In this document: positions 40,478-55,400 of the stretch, in pieces
Position numbering within the stretch: the stretch's first letter is position 1
Layout of the letters: every line of letters starts with the position of its first letter
Origin: Pseudomonadota bacterium
Lineage (GTDB): Bacteria; Pseudomonadota; Gammaproteobacteria; Steroidobacterales; Steroidobacteraceae
Reading direction: 5' to 3'
Length of the DNA: 64,000 nt
Assembly (NCBI GenBank): GCA_016703895.1
Contig: JADJBE010000026.1
Coordinates: 320,814-384,813 of the forward strand
Made by a program: the position numbers and the translations under genes
The notes under the pieces: model-generated
Database searches by the model: none
The model's input: the letters and a program-made list of their open reading frames with translations, nothing else
Told to the model about the DNA's origin: nothing

Positions 40478-40996
40478 ATGAACGCAAGTCCATTGCAGCT
40501 CAACCCCACGCCTCGCACACTGCGGCACTCCATGTTCACAGTCGCTCTATTCATTTGCACTGCGGCGGCGCTTGTATTGAGCGGCTGCGGACAATTCAAT
40601 CCGAGATCCGCGACTGGCTTTCGACTGCCCGATGGCGACGCAGCGGCTGGCAAACAAGCCTTCGTCGATCTTCGGTGTTACACCTGTCACAAGATAGACG
40701 GAGTCACTGAAAAGTTCGAAGGCACCGGTGCCGCCAACATACTCCTCGGCGGCGAAACCACGCGAGTGCGAAACTACGGCGAGCTGGTAACTTCCATCAT
40801 CAATCCATCCCATCGAATCGCGCCGCGGTATCCGCGCGACCCGACCGCACTCGGCGGCGAGTCGCTCATGGAAATAGCTGCTCTGAATAACGTAATGACT
40901 GTTCAGCAGCTTGTCGACTTGGTCGCGTTCCTGCAGGCCAGTTACAGGGTCGTACCGCCCGATGTCACGCCATACTCTTATCGCTATCCGTATTAA
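40478..40996 (+). CDS. c-type cytochrome lipoprotein (mono-heme)
   Basis: Heme motif CYTCHK and lipobox VLSGC. The start is ATG 40478 or the internal ATG 40532. Confidence 0.8.
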   Translation: MNASPLQLNPTPRTLRHSMFTVALFICTAAALVLSGCGQFNPRSATGFRLPDGDAAAGKQAFVDLRCYTCHKIDGVTEKFEGTGAANILLGGETTRVRNYGELVTSIINPSHRIAPRYPRDPTALGGESLMEIAALNNVMTVQQLVDLVAFLQASYRVVPPDVTPYSYRYPY

Positions 40997-41100
40997 CTAT
41001 CCGTCTTGGCGGGAGGGACGGAAGCACGACTCTAGCGAAAGCGTCGGCAAGGATGTAGGCTTTAGGGTTCGCCTTATGCCTTATCGGAGCAGATTGAGTC

Positions 41101-42681
41101 GTGATCGATCCGCAGGATCTCAGCGTCGAATCGCGGGCTGCGGTCAGCCACCTGCGCGCGATCCTCGACCATGCGTTCGAGTTCATCGGCATACTCGATG
41201 TGACGGGCAAGCTGCTTGAGATCAATGTCTCCGCCTTGACCTTCGCGGGCATATCGCGTGAGCAAGTCATCGGGCAGTCCTTCGTTGATACACCGTGGTG
41301 GCGCTGGTCGCCGGAGCAACAGGCCAAGCTGACTGCCGGCATTGAACGAGCCGCTCGCAACGAGTTCGTGCGCTACGAGGCGTGCCATCGCGGCGCGGAT
41401 GGCCATCTCGAACCGATCGACTTCTCCCTCAGCCCGGTTGCTGATCGATCCGGCACCGTCACGCACCTGGTCGCAGAAGGTCGGCGCGATGGGGATCGCC
41501 AACAACTGGAGCGCGAACTGCGCGCACGCGCCGTGGACCTCGAAGCCGCCAGGTTAACGGCCGACACAGCAAACCAGTCGAAGTCGGAGTTTCTGGCCGC
41601 GGCCAGCCATGATCTGCGCCAGCCGCTGCAGACCATCGCGCTGGTCCACGCGATCCTGGTGCGGATCGTCAAAGACCAGACGGCCGCCTCCCAGCTGCAC
41701 TCGCTCGCCGAAGCGGTCCGCAGCATGGAGAACCTGCTCTCTGCATTGCTCGACGTGAACCGGCTAGAGTCCGGTGCGATCGAACCGCGCGTACAAGTGT
41801 TTGCGCTGGAGCAGATTCTGGCACCGATCCGTTCCGACCTGTCGATCGCGGCCGCCGACAAGCAGTTGCGACTCGACATCCCCGTGTGTCGAGAATCGGC
41901 GCGCACCGATCCGCGTTTGCTCGAAGTCATCCTGCGTAATCTGGTCTCCAACGCCATCAAGTACACACGCCAGGGCACGGTGACGGTACTGACCGAGACC
42001 AGCGACGAGGGACTGCGCATCCAAGTCATCGATACCGGCATCGGCATTGCGGCCGAGCATCGTGAACGACTCTTCGACGACTTCTACCAGATCGACAATC
42101 CATCGCGCGACAAGCGGCGCGGCGTCGGCCTGGGACTCGGCATCGTGCGGCGCATCAGTGCGTTGCTCTCGTTGCCAGTGCAAGTGCAATCCGAGCTAGG
42201 CCGTGGCAGCACGTTCTCCGTGAGCGTGCCACGCGCCATGCCGGTGATCGCAGCCGCCGCGGCACCGGCCATCAGTGACACCGGCCGTCAGCGCGCGCTG
42301 CAGGCGCGGCGCGATCTCACCATCCTGCATATCGAGGACGATCCATCCGTGGCCGCCTCGCTCAAGATTTTGCTCGATCTGGAGGGCTACACCGTCCGGC
42401 AAGCCGACTCGGCCGAGCAAGCGCTGCAGCGCGTGCGCGATGAGCGTCTGTGCCCGGACTTGATCATCACCGACTACCAACTCCCCCATGGGGTGACGGG
42501 CGACGAAATCGTTGCCAAGATCACCGCGCAACTCGGTCACCGACCACCCACCATCCTGTTGACCGGTGACATCAGCAAGCAACACCTGCAGGCCATCGGC
42601 CAGTCGGTCGACCGCATCCTCGAGAAACCCGCCGATATCGAAGCACTGCTCGAGGCTATTGAAACCCTGACTCACATTTGA
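41101..42681 (+). CDS. cytoplasmic PAS-domain hybrid histidine kinase (HisKA-HATPase-REC)
   Basis: 526 aa, no TM. PAS-like N-domain, H-box FLAAASHDLRQPLQ, G-box GVGLGLGIVRRI, and a C-terminal receiver (ILHIEDDPSVA...DLIITDYQLP). Confidence 0.9.
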   Translation: MIDPQDLSVESRAAVSHLRAILDHAFEFIGILDVTGKLLEINVSALTFAGISREQVIGQSFVDTPWWRWSPEQQAKLTAGIERAARNEFVRYEACHRGADGHLEPIDFSLSPVADRSGTVTHLVAEGRRDGDRQQLERELRARAVDLEAARLTADTANQSKSEFLAAASHDLRQPLQTIALVHAILVRIVKDQTAASQLHSLAEAVRSMENLLSALLDVNRLESGAIEPRVQVFALEQILAPIRSDLSIAAADKQLRLDIPVCRESARTDPRLLEVILRNLVSNAIKYTRQGTVTVLTETSDEGLRIQVIDTGIGIAAEHRERLFDDFYQIDNPSRDKRRGVGLGLGIVRRISALLSLPVQVQSELGRGSTFSVSVPRAMPVIAAAAAPAISDTGRQRALQARRDLTILHIEDDPSVAASLKILLDLEGYTVRQADSAEQALQRVRDERLCPDLIITDYQLPHGVTGDEIVAKITAQLGHRPPTILLTGDISKQHLQAIGQSVDRILEKPADIEALLEAIETLTHI

Positions 42682-42683
42682 GA

Positions 42684-44168
42684 TCAGGGCAAGTCGGTCG
42701 ATCCCATCAGGTAGCGATCACACTCGCGCGCCGCGCCGCGGCCCTCGTTGATAGCCCACACGATCAGGCTTTGCCCGCGACGGCAGTCCCCCGCTGCAAA
42801 CACACCGGCCTTATTGGTGGTGTAGCACTCATGCTCGGCACGGATGTTGCTGCGCGCATCGCGCTCCACGCCAAGTTCAGCTAACAATGGCTGCTCCGGA
42901 CCGAGAAAGCCCATTGCCAGCAAGACTAGCTGGGCGGGATGCTCCTTCTCGCTACCCGGCTTCTCGACTGGTACGACCCGCCCATCGTCGTATTTTTCCC
43001 AGTGAATCTCGACCGTGACTACGCCACTCAGCGCGCCTGACTTGTCAGCGACGAATCGCTTGATGGTCGTCAGATAGCGCCGCGGATCGCCGCCAAACTT
43101 TGCTGCGGCCTCTTCCTGCCCGTAGTCCATCTTGTAGACCCGCGGCCATTCCGGCCACGGGTTGTCCGCGTCGCGATCGTTAGGCGGCTTGGTCAGGATC
43201 TCGAGCTGCGTCAGTGAGCGGCAACCCTGGCGCATCGCAGTCCCGACGCAGTCCGTACCCGTATCACCACCACCTAACACAATGACGTCTTTGCCGCTGG
43301 CCTGGATCGGACTCGACTTGCTGTCGCCGGCAAGCAGCGCGGTCGTGCTGGCCGTCAGATAGTCCATCGCAAAGTGCACGCCCGCGAGATCGCGACCGGG
43401 GACGTGTAGGTCGCGCGGCAGGGTAGCGCCCGTGCAGACAACCATGGCGTCATGGTCGCGCAGCAACAGCTGCGCTTCCACGTTCTCACCCACGTGCGCG
43501 TTGCAAACGAACTGGATGCCTTCCTTCTCGAGCAGCGCGATACGTCTGGCGACGACGTCGTTCTTGTCGAGCTTCATGTTCGGGATGCCGTAGGTCAATA
43601 AACCACCCGGACGCGGCGCTCGCTCATACACCGTCACCGTATGCCCCGCCTTGTTGAGCTGTGCCGCGGCGGCGAGCCCGGCTGGCCCCGAACCAATGAT
43701 GGCCACTTTCTTGTCAGTACGCTTGGCCGGCGGTTCCGGCAAAACCCAACCCTCGTCAAAACCGCGCTCGATAATCTCGTTTTCGATATTCTTGATGGTC
43801 ACTGGCGGCGCATTAATGCCCAGCACACAGGAACCCTCGCAAGGCGCTGGGCAAACCCGACCAGTGAACTCCGGAAAATTGTTGGTTCGGTGCAGCCGCT
43901 CCAGTGCCTCGCGCCACAGACCGCGATACACAAGGTCATTCCACTCAGGAATCAAGTTGTTGACCGGACAGCCCGAGGCCGCACCGCTGATCAATTTGCC
44001 CGTATGACAGAAGGGCACACCACAGTCCATGCAGCGCGCGCCCTGCTGGCGCAGCCGCTTTTCGTCCATGTGGTGATGGAACTCCTGCCAGTCCTTGATG
44101 CGTTCGGCAGGACCGCGGTCGAGCGGTAGTTCGCGCAAGTACTCAATGAATCCGGTTGGCTTACCCAT
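42684..44168 (-). CDS. gltD: glutamate synthase (NADPH) small subunit
   Basis: ATG 44168 gives [13 protein letters not shown]... Fe-S Cys clusters ([18 protein letters not shown]) and dinucleotide folds [14 protein letters not shown] and [13 protein letters not shown]. Confidence 0.95.
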   Translation of the reverse strand: MGKPTGFIEYLRELPLDRGPAERIKDWQEFHHHMDEKRLRQQGARCMDCGVPFCHTGKLISGAASGCPVNNLIPEWNDLVYRGLWREALERLHRTNNFPEFTGRVCPAPCEGSCVLGINAPPVTIKNIENEIIERGFDEGWVLPEPPAKRTDKKVAIIGSGPAGLAAAAQLNKAGHTVTVYERAPRPGGLLTYGIPNMKLDKNDVVARRIALLEKEGIQFVCNAHVGENVEAQLLLRDHDAMVVCTGATLPRDLHVPGRDLAGVHFAMDYLTASTTALLAGDSKSSPIQASGKDVIVLGGGDTGTDCVGTAMRQGCRSLTQLEILTKPPNDRDADNPWPEWPRVYKMDYGQEEAAAKFGGDPRRYLTTIKRFVADKSGALSGVVTVEIHWEKYDDGRVVPVEKPGSEKEHPAQLVLLAMGFLGPEQPLLAELGVERDARSNIRAEHECYTTNKAGVFAAGDCRRGQSLIVWAINEGRGAARECDRYLMGSTDLP

Positions 44169-44172
44169 CTCG

Positions 44173-48780
<4,608 letters not shown>

Positions 48781-49109
48781 GTGATCTCTCCGAGCGCCCA
48801 ATCGCGGCGCGAACTGTCCCGCGCTACCGGCGCCTGCCGATAACTTATTGATTTACTTATAAAAAGAGAAGCTCCAGGGTGAAGTCGACCCCGGCTGGCA
48901 CCTTATATATACCGCTGATGATACCGGCTGCTGGCGGTCGGTCAATTGGGGCGCTGCGGCAGCGTCTACGCAACGGTTTTTTTCGCTCAGGCTGAACTAA
49001 TCCGTCGAAGTTGACTCAGATACCGTGCGAGGGGGGGGATCACTCAGCAGAAGCGCGCTCGACAGTGTTTTGAGCGACTTTGTCCTATACATCAAGCTGA
49101 GGAGATCCT

Positions 49110-49652
49110 ATGCGTACCTTTAATTCTGTTCGACTGCCGTTGCGGGCCGTGGCTATTGCCATGGCTTTTTCTCTCGCCGCCCTGTCCACCGCGGCAGTCG
49201 CAGCGGACGACGGCATGAAGAGCAGCAAAGCTGCGAAACAAGCCGATATCGTCGATACGGCGGTTGCCGCTGGCCAGTTCAAGACTTTGGCGGCAGCACT
49301 TACGGCAGCGGACCTGGTGGCGACACTGAAGGGCGCTGGACCCTTCACCGTTTTCGCCCCGACGGACGAGGCGTTCGCGGCGTTGCCGGCTGGCACCGTC
49401 GACAACCTGCTGAAGCCTGAAAACAAGGCCAAGCTGCGGAAGATCCTGACCTACCACGTCGTCCCCGGCAAAGTCACGGCTGCCGAAGTGGTCAAGCTGA
49501 GCAAAGCCAAGACGGTGGAAGGCCAGTCGGTCGCCATTGCCGTGAAGGACGGCAAAGTGATGGTCGATGGCGCGACAGTGGTTAGCGCCGACGTGATGGC
49601 CAGCAACGGCGTCATTCACGTGATCGATGCCGTCATCCTGCCCAAGGACTAA
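49110..49652 (+). CDS. fasciclin (FAS1) domain secreted protein
   Basis: 180 aa. A signal peptide, then [19 protein letters not shown]...[13 protein letters not shown] and ..[13 protein letters not shown] motifs. Confidence 0.9.
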   Translation: MRTFNSVRLPLRAVAIAMAFSLAALSTAAVAADDGMKSSKAAKQADIVDTAVAAGQFKTLAAALTAADLVATLKGAGPFTVFAPTDEAFAALPAGTVDNLLKPENKAKLRKILTYHVVPGKVTAAEVVKLSKAKTVEGQSVAIAVKDGKVMVDGATVVSADVMASNGVIHVIDAVILPKD

Positions 49653-49666
49653 CTAGTCCGATCGCT

Positions 49667-49692
49667 GGGGATGGAGCATTTGCTCTGTCCCC
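49667..49692. terminator. GC-rich hairpin between convergent genes (possible bidirectional terminator, no U-tract)
   Basis: GGGGATGGAGC-ATTT-GCTCTGTCCCC forms an 11-bp stem (two G:U pairs) in the 75-bp gap between the fasciclin and EamA genes. Confidence 0.3.
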
Positions 49693-49727
49693 GGCGATGC
49701 CAGCGGCATGGCTGACTGGCAAATCAG

Positions 49728-50597
49728 TCAGCGGGATAGCCAGCGGCCATGGATAAACACGGTCGAGATCATGACCAGCGCGCCAAGATAGAAGGTGCCC
49801 GTCAACTCCTGTACTTCACTCAACAGCACTGCGGCGATCAAGACCGTATAGACCGGCTCGAGGTTGACTGCCAACTGCGTGGTGAAGGCGGACAGATGAC
49901 GCAGCGCCAACAGTGACAACGCGAACGGCAGCAGCGTACAGCCGACTGCCAGAACCGTCAGCAGCAGGAAGTCGTGCCGGTTCGGTATGAGACCGGCGAA
50001 GCCGTCGGCGGCAAACACCGGCATCGCAACCGTCAATAACAGCGCCCCCGCCGCCACCTCGATCGCGGTCACGGCCAGCACCGGCTCATTGTTCAGGTAG
50101 CGTTTGTTGAGCGAACTCACGACGGCAATCAATCCTGCCGACAGCACTCCCAGCCAGAACCCGGCCCGCATCTCTGCAGCAATCCCACCCACGACGAGCA
50201 GCACTCCAGGCACGATCAACACGCCGAGCACGAAGTTGCGGGTAACGAATCGCGTTCGCGTGATAGACGGCTCAATCAACGCGGTGACCGCGGGTGCGAT
50301 CGCCATACAGGTTGCAGCGACTGACGCATTGGCGAGCTTGATCGACTGATAGAAGGTCAGCCAGTGCAACGCCAGCAGCCCACCGATGCCACCGAAGATC
50401 GCCAGTGTCTGCCACGGCATCGCGCGCAGGGCGCGCCAGACCCTGGGAACCAGCGCAAGGCAAGCGGCGACCAGCAGCATGCGCCACCACACGATCTCAA
50501 AGGCCGGCAGCGAGATCAACCGGCCAAAGATGGCGGTGAAACCCCACAGAAAAACGCACAGGTGTATCTGCAGTAGTGCCCGACGATGTGCTTGCAT
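49728..50597 (-). CDS. DMT-superfamily (EamA-like) transporter
   Basis: 289 aa, about 10 TM, two EamA-like halves. Confidence 0.85.
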   Translation of the reverse strand: MQAHRRALLQIHLCVFLWGFTAIFGRLISLPAFEIVWWRMLLVAACLALVPRVWRALRAMPWQTLAIFGGIGGLLALHWLTFYQSIKLANASVAATCMAIAPAVTALIEPSITRTRFVTRNFVLGVLIVPGVLLVVGGIAAEMRAGFWLGVLSAGLIAVVSSLNKRYLNNEPVLAVTAIEVAAGALLLTVAMPVFAADGFAGLIPNRHDFLLLTVLAVGCTLLPFALSLLALRHLSAFTTQLAVNLEPVYTVLIAAVLLSEVQELTGTFYLGALVMISTVFIHGRWLSR

Positions 50598-50620
50598 CGC
50601 CGGCGATAATACCTGCTTGG

Positions 50621-51142
50621 TTAACGAGCCGTTAGGTCAGCCGTTGGACCAATCGTCGGACGATACATTGCGACCAGATTGCGGCCGTTGCCCTTCGCTT
50701 CCTGCAGCGCCGTGCGCGCCGCCTCGATCAGTTGGTCCGCGCTCAAATTGTCCCAGCCGGTGACAAAGCCGATGCTCACTGTCAACTCGAACTCCGGCGG
50801 CACGTTGAGCTGCACGGCGGCCCGCAATGCCTCGACCAGCTCGGCGGCGACGAGCGCTTCGGTGTTTGGCATCAGCCACGCGAAGCGATCTTCACAGAGA
50901 CGCGCCACTAGGTCGTCATGCCGACCCGTACCCGCAATCAGCCGGGCGATACGCACCAGCTCGCAATCACCTGTCGCCGAATCGTAGCGGGCATTGAAGG
51001 CAGTGAAATGATCGACGTTGACCAATGCCAGAGACACGGGTGCCCGCAACGGATCAGCCGCATGGCAAACATTCGCCAGCACTCCAAGAAAATGGTCAGC
51101 GCTCGCGACACCTGTCAACGGATCGATCGCTAACCCTGTCAT
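50621..51142 (-). CDS. stand-alone degenerate GGDEF-domain protein (CEDRF in place of GGDEF; RxxD I-site retained)
   Basis: 173 aa with no sensor or TM domain. Reads DPLTGV...VNVDHFTAFNARYDSATGD...GRHDDLVARLCEDRFAWL...TVSIGF...ALQEAKGNGRN. RHDD sits exactly 5 residues before the degenerate active-site pentapeptide. Confidence 0.8.
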   Translation of the reverse strand: MTGLAIDPLTGVASADHFLGVLANVCHAADPLRAPVSLALVNVDHFTAFNARYDSATGDCELVRIARLIAGTGRHDDLVARLCEDRFAWLMPNTEALVAAELVEALRAAVQLNVPPEFELTVSIGFVTGWDNLSADQLIEAARTALQEAKGNGRNLVAMYRPTIGPTADLTAR

Positions 51143-51226
51143 GCCCTCTACGCTCGTATGATGATCGGCCGCAACGCAACAGTGATTACTCTGGGCCTGC
51201 CAAGCTTAACGGATACTTAATAATAA

Positions 51227-51268
51227 GGCCGTAAGCGCGGGTGCTGCGCTGCACATACCGTTGCGGCC
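51227..51268 (-). terminator. possible terminator after the OmpA-family gene
   Basis: On the minus strand, GGCCG...CGGCC encloses a GC-rich imperfect hairpin followed by TTATTATT. It lies in the 149-bp gap before the GGDEF gene. Weak. Confidence 0.25.
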
Positions 51269-51291
51269 TGGTTTCTAACGACTGTTAACGA

Positions 51292-52428
51292 TCAGTTGAG
51301 GATCCGCAGCACCACACGTCGATTGGCGAGTCGACCCGGCTCGGTGTTGTTATCAGCAATCGGCTGACTCTCGCCGTAGCCTTTGGCCGAGAACTCGTTC
51401 TTCACGCCGCTGTCGCGCAGATACGCCATCACACTGGCTGCGCGGCGTTGCGACAAATTGAGATTGTAGGCGTCGGAGGAACGGCTGTCGGTGTGACCTG
51501 CCACCTCGATGTTCAACTCCGGGTAGCGGCGCAGCGTATCCGCCGCGGCGTTCAAAATCCCGAACGATTCTGGCAGGAGCTTGTCGGAATCGCTCGCGAA
51601 GTTCACGCCATCCAAACGGATTTCCTTGCCGAGCGAACAACCCTTCGCATCCACGCGATCGCCTGCTGGCGTCGTGGGACATCGATCGGCACTGTTCAGT
51701 ACGCCATCACGGTCATCATCGCCGTCGAGCGGACAACCCACCGCGTTGACCTTGCTGCCGGCCGGGCTGGTCGGGCACTGATCCTTGTCGTTAGCCACGC
51801 CGTCACGGTCGTCATCGGGCTGCGGACAGTTGGCCGCATAGCGTTCGGCATCGGCAGCCATCCGTTCAGCTTCGTCGATATTGAAGCGCGCGTGCCGCCA
51901 ACCAGTTTCCTGATAGTCGTGGCCCGCCTCGTTCAGTTTGACTTCCAGGCACGCCGTCTCGAGAGTGGCGCAGCGAAAGCCGGGCGACCCCTTCAATGTC
52001 TCGATCTTGGCCCATAGATCGTCACGAATCTTGGTGACCGTCGCGATCTGCTTTGGCGCAGCCATCTCTGGCCGTGCGCCCGTCTCCATGACATCGAGGA
52101 TGCCATCGGCCTCAGTCAGCGCCGATTCGATCACCCGACTACGATCGTTCTCGTGGTATTCCTCCAGCGCGAACGACACCCAGCACTGCGCTTTTGCGAG
52201 ATGGTAGTCCCGCACTGGCACACCACCGTCGTTCAGCGCCTTGATGCGGGTCTGGAAGCCCTCGATCGAGTCGAAATCCTTACGAATCACGCTGTCGACG
52301 ATCCGGCCCTCCTCAGCGCCGGTCAGCACCTGAGGTGCCTCAGCGTCGACGGGTTTTTGTGCGTTCGTGCCGCAAGCGCTGAGCGCGAATGCCACGAGAC
52401 CAAGAGTTGCTATGCGAGTTGTCATCAT
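51292..52428 (-). CDS. OmpA-family peptidoglycan-binding lipoprotein with thrombospondin type-3 (calcium-binding) repeats
   Basis: Lipobox FALSAC. Helical N-domain. Two TSP3-like repeats (DDDRDGVANDKDQCPTSPAG; DDDRDGVLNSADRCPTTPAG). C-terminal OmpA domain (NIEVAGHTDSRSSDAYNLNLSQRRAASV...NRRVVLRI). Confidence 0.88.
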   Translation of the reverse strand: MMTTRIATLGLVAFALSACGTNAQKPVDAEAPQVLTGAEEGRIVDSVIRKDFDSIEGFQTRIKALNDGGVPVRDYHLAKAQCWVSFALEEYHENDRSRVIESALTEADGILDVMETGARPEMAAPKQIATVTKIRDDLWAKIETLKGSPGFRCATLETACLEVKLNEAGHDYQETGWRHARFNIDEAERMAADAERYAANCPQPDDDRDGVANDKDQCPTSPAGSKVNAVGCPLDGDDDRDGVLNSADRCPTTPAGDRVDAKGCSLGKEIRLDGVNFASDSDKLLPESFGILNAAADTLRRYPELNIEVAGHTDSRSSDAYNLNLSQRRAASVMAYLRDSGVKNEFSAKGYGESQPIADNNTEPGRLANRRVVLRILN

Positions 52429-52446
52429 AATCCTATCTCTGTGACC

Positions 52447-55400
52447 CTATCTCTGAAGGGAGTTGTTCCAGGAGCGGTCGCGACTGCTGAACAGTTTTTC
52501 ATCGAATTTGAAGCGCAGCCGGATATAGGCACCGCGCCGTGTGTAATCGCTGTCGACAAGATCGTCGTCGCTGAAGCCCGAGAAGTTGTAGCCCACTGAC
52601 AGCCACAGGTTGTCGATCAACGAGTAGCCAGTCTCGAAGCCGAGACCTAACTGCTGTGCCCCCTCGCCATCAAACACGCTGCCGACCAAACCGACGTCCC
52701 AGCGCTCGGTCAAGTCGTACATCACCCGGCCTGACACGAGGTAAGCCGTGAAGCTGTCATCGACGGCGCCGAAACTCTCGTCCACCCACTTACCCGCCAA
52801 CTGGCCCGACAGGGTGAGCGTGCGCCGCGGCTTGAAGTTGGTATGCAGCGAGACCACGTGCGCTTTGCGATCGAAGGGATCAAGAAGCGCGGTGTCTTTC
52901 TCGAGCTTCAACTCGTAACGCATCAGCGAGTTCCAGCGGTTGGTATCCGTGTCGCGGAACGCAGCGCCGACGATCGCGCGATTAATCATGCGTTCACCGA
53001 GCGCCAGGTCTTGGTTGTCCGTTGACGAGTAGACGTTGCGGGCAAGGAAACTCCAGTCGCGTGACAGCTTGCGGGTGTACGCCAGCGTCGACAGGTAGGT
53101 GTTAGACGCCTCATCGTCACGGAACTCGAACCGTGCGCTCGTCTTGTAGAGCTCGCGCGCGGTGTATTCCACGCCGACACCCACCGCCGTCGCATCGCCT
53201 TGCTGGCCTGCCACTGCCTGCACGCGCTCGAGACTGGTGCTGAAGGCCAAGCCTTCACGCACCGGCCAGAGGTTACGCAAGCCGACCGCCGCTTCGCCCT
53301 CGCGACCCGGCAGCGCATCACGCATCCGGTATTCGGAGAACACGCTGCCGTCTTCCATGTAAGCCGAGTCCACGCCAAACACGGTGGCACGGCGCGACTC
53401 GCCCTCGTTCAAGCCATAGAGACTCGAGATGCTCTTGGCGTACTCGTGTCGGACGTAGAGCCGAGCCTTGTCGAGCACCTGGTACTCGCCGCCGACACCG
53501 TAGGCATAGGCGTCACTGTCGTCGATGCCCTGCTCGCCCTCCACATCGACCAAAGACTTCTCCTTGATCTTTGCCGACAGCTTCAAGCGGCCGGTGGTGT
53601 TCTGACCGGAGGCAAGGCCGCCATTTTGATAGGCGCCCACCGGTAGTGAGCCCGACGTCTGGAAGTTGTAGACATTCGAGAAGGTGGTGGCGTTCTGCAC
53701 CGGGGCACCTGCTTGTACTTCGTCGTCGAAGTAACGCAGGCCGCCCTCGAGATGAAAGATATCGTTGAACCAGTGGCCCAGGGAGATCTGCGCACCCAAA
53801 CGCTCGGCACCGATGTTGGCATCCTCGGTCTGGATCGCCTCGACCATGAGGTCCGTGGCCTCACTGAAACTGTAGGTTGCCTTGGCACTCGCCTCCTGAC
53901 GGCCCTCACTCAGGACCGCGAGCGGATTGTCGAAGTCGTCAGTGGTACGACCGTAGAACAGCCGCGCGTCGAGCTTTTCACCCTCATGACGTAGCTCAGT
54001 GCGAAAGCCATGACCCTTCGACTCGAGCTGCACTAACGAATTGTCGCGGTCGCTCTGCGCGGCCTCGATGAGCCAGGTCGTGGCATCGCCGAGCTTCAGC
54101 GTCGCGTTAGCACTGCCGAGTGAGTACGGCGTGTTCGGGTCGTCGTCCATCGCATAGCTCACGCCGAGCTCCAATCGGCCGCCCAGTGTCCACTGGGCAT
54201 TGACGCCGCCGACCCAGAACGCAGGGCCACCCTGGTCCACTTCATAGGTGACGCGGATCGACACCGGGTTCAGCCGCTCGTCCAGCGACGGGATCGGCTT
54301 GCGGAACAACAAGCGGCCCGTTAAGGGCTCGAACTCGTAGTCCGCAAACCGTGCTAACGACTGAATTGAGAGAATCACCGACGGCTGGTTGCGGTCGCGG
54401 ACGATCAACTCGATCTTTTCGCTGTTGGTGATACCGTTGCTGCTCGAGACGGCATAGGGACCCGAAATGCCGCGCCCCGGTTGTTCGTCGATCACTTGCC
54501 GCACGGAATCGCGTGCACCCCACAGGTTGCTGACGAAATTGCCACTCTCATAATGGTGCTTGCCGCCCGTGACGCTGCGGCTATAGAGGCCCAAGCTGCG
54601 CGCTTCGTTAACGCCATCCTCACTGTTGAAGTCACCAAACAACAGGAACGACTTGTCCTGATCGACCCGCAGATAGCCGCGGCGCGACGACTGGGCGTCA
54701 AAGCCACGGATGCTGGCGTCACCATAAATCGGGTAGAACTGATCCGGCTGGATGTCGCGGAACAGCCGGATTCGATCCTTATCAGTATCGAGAGCCGCCG
54801 TGACCAGGTACTTCTCGCGCCAGGTGTTCTTCAGAAAGAACGCAGCGCGGCCACCAAAAAACGTGTCGTCGCGACTGTCAGGGTTGTTCAAGCTCGAGAG
54901 CTCTTCCTCGAGACCGTCACGGAAGACCGTCGGCGTGTTGGCATCGCTCGACGTGCTGTTGAAAGAGACGATGCCTTCAATAATTCCGACGGCGAGTGCG
55001 GGCCGCAGGTCTGGCACGAAGGAGATCTTCCCATCCACTGTCACATCACCAGAGTACGCACGGATGACCGCATCGCCTGGTTCATAGGGCGCAATGAGCG
55101 TCACTTCGGCGACGCCGTTCTCCACCATGATCTGCGTCCCCGGCTCGCGTCGATCGCGGTCGGCGAGGAACTTGGGCGCTTCTTTCACAAAGTAAGTGTC
55201 CTGCGTCAGCACGCGGCCACGACTCGCCTCAAACGTCACCTTGGTAGGCGCTGTCAGTGGCAGGCCATCGGCATCAAACAATTCGATCGAGATGCGCACC
55301 TCAGACTGACCGTCCGCCGGCACACCATCCCGATAGATCGAGACCTTCATGGCCTGTTTGTGAGTCAGGGACTGAGCCCGCGTTTCAGCGGACAGCAGAC

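Noticed and set aside
48896-48911. TGGCAC-N5-ATATA resembling a sigma-54 -24/-12 promoter between gltB and the fasciclin gene.
   Set aside because: The -12 TTGC element is absent, and no enhancer-binding protein gene is nearby. A single GG motif is expected by chance.
51166-51269. Long-range inverted repeat GGCCGCAACG (51166-51175) / CGTTGCGGCC (51259-51268) in the gap between the OmpA-family and GGDEF genes.
   Set aside because: It is 10 bp with a loop of about 85 nt, and its energetic relevance is doubtful. The 3' arm is already part of the weak terminator-like hairpin reported as a low-confidence feature.
52432-52454. 9-bp direct repeat CCTATCTCT x2 (spaced by GTGAC) spanning the barrel-gene stop and the OmpA-gene SD region.
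   Set aside because: It is too short to be distinguished from chance. At most it is a small local duplication, with no evident function.
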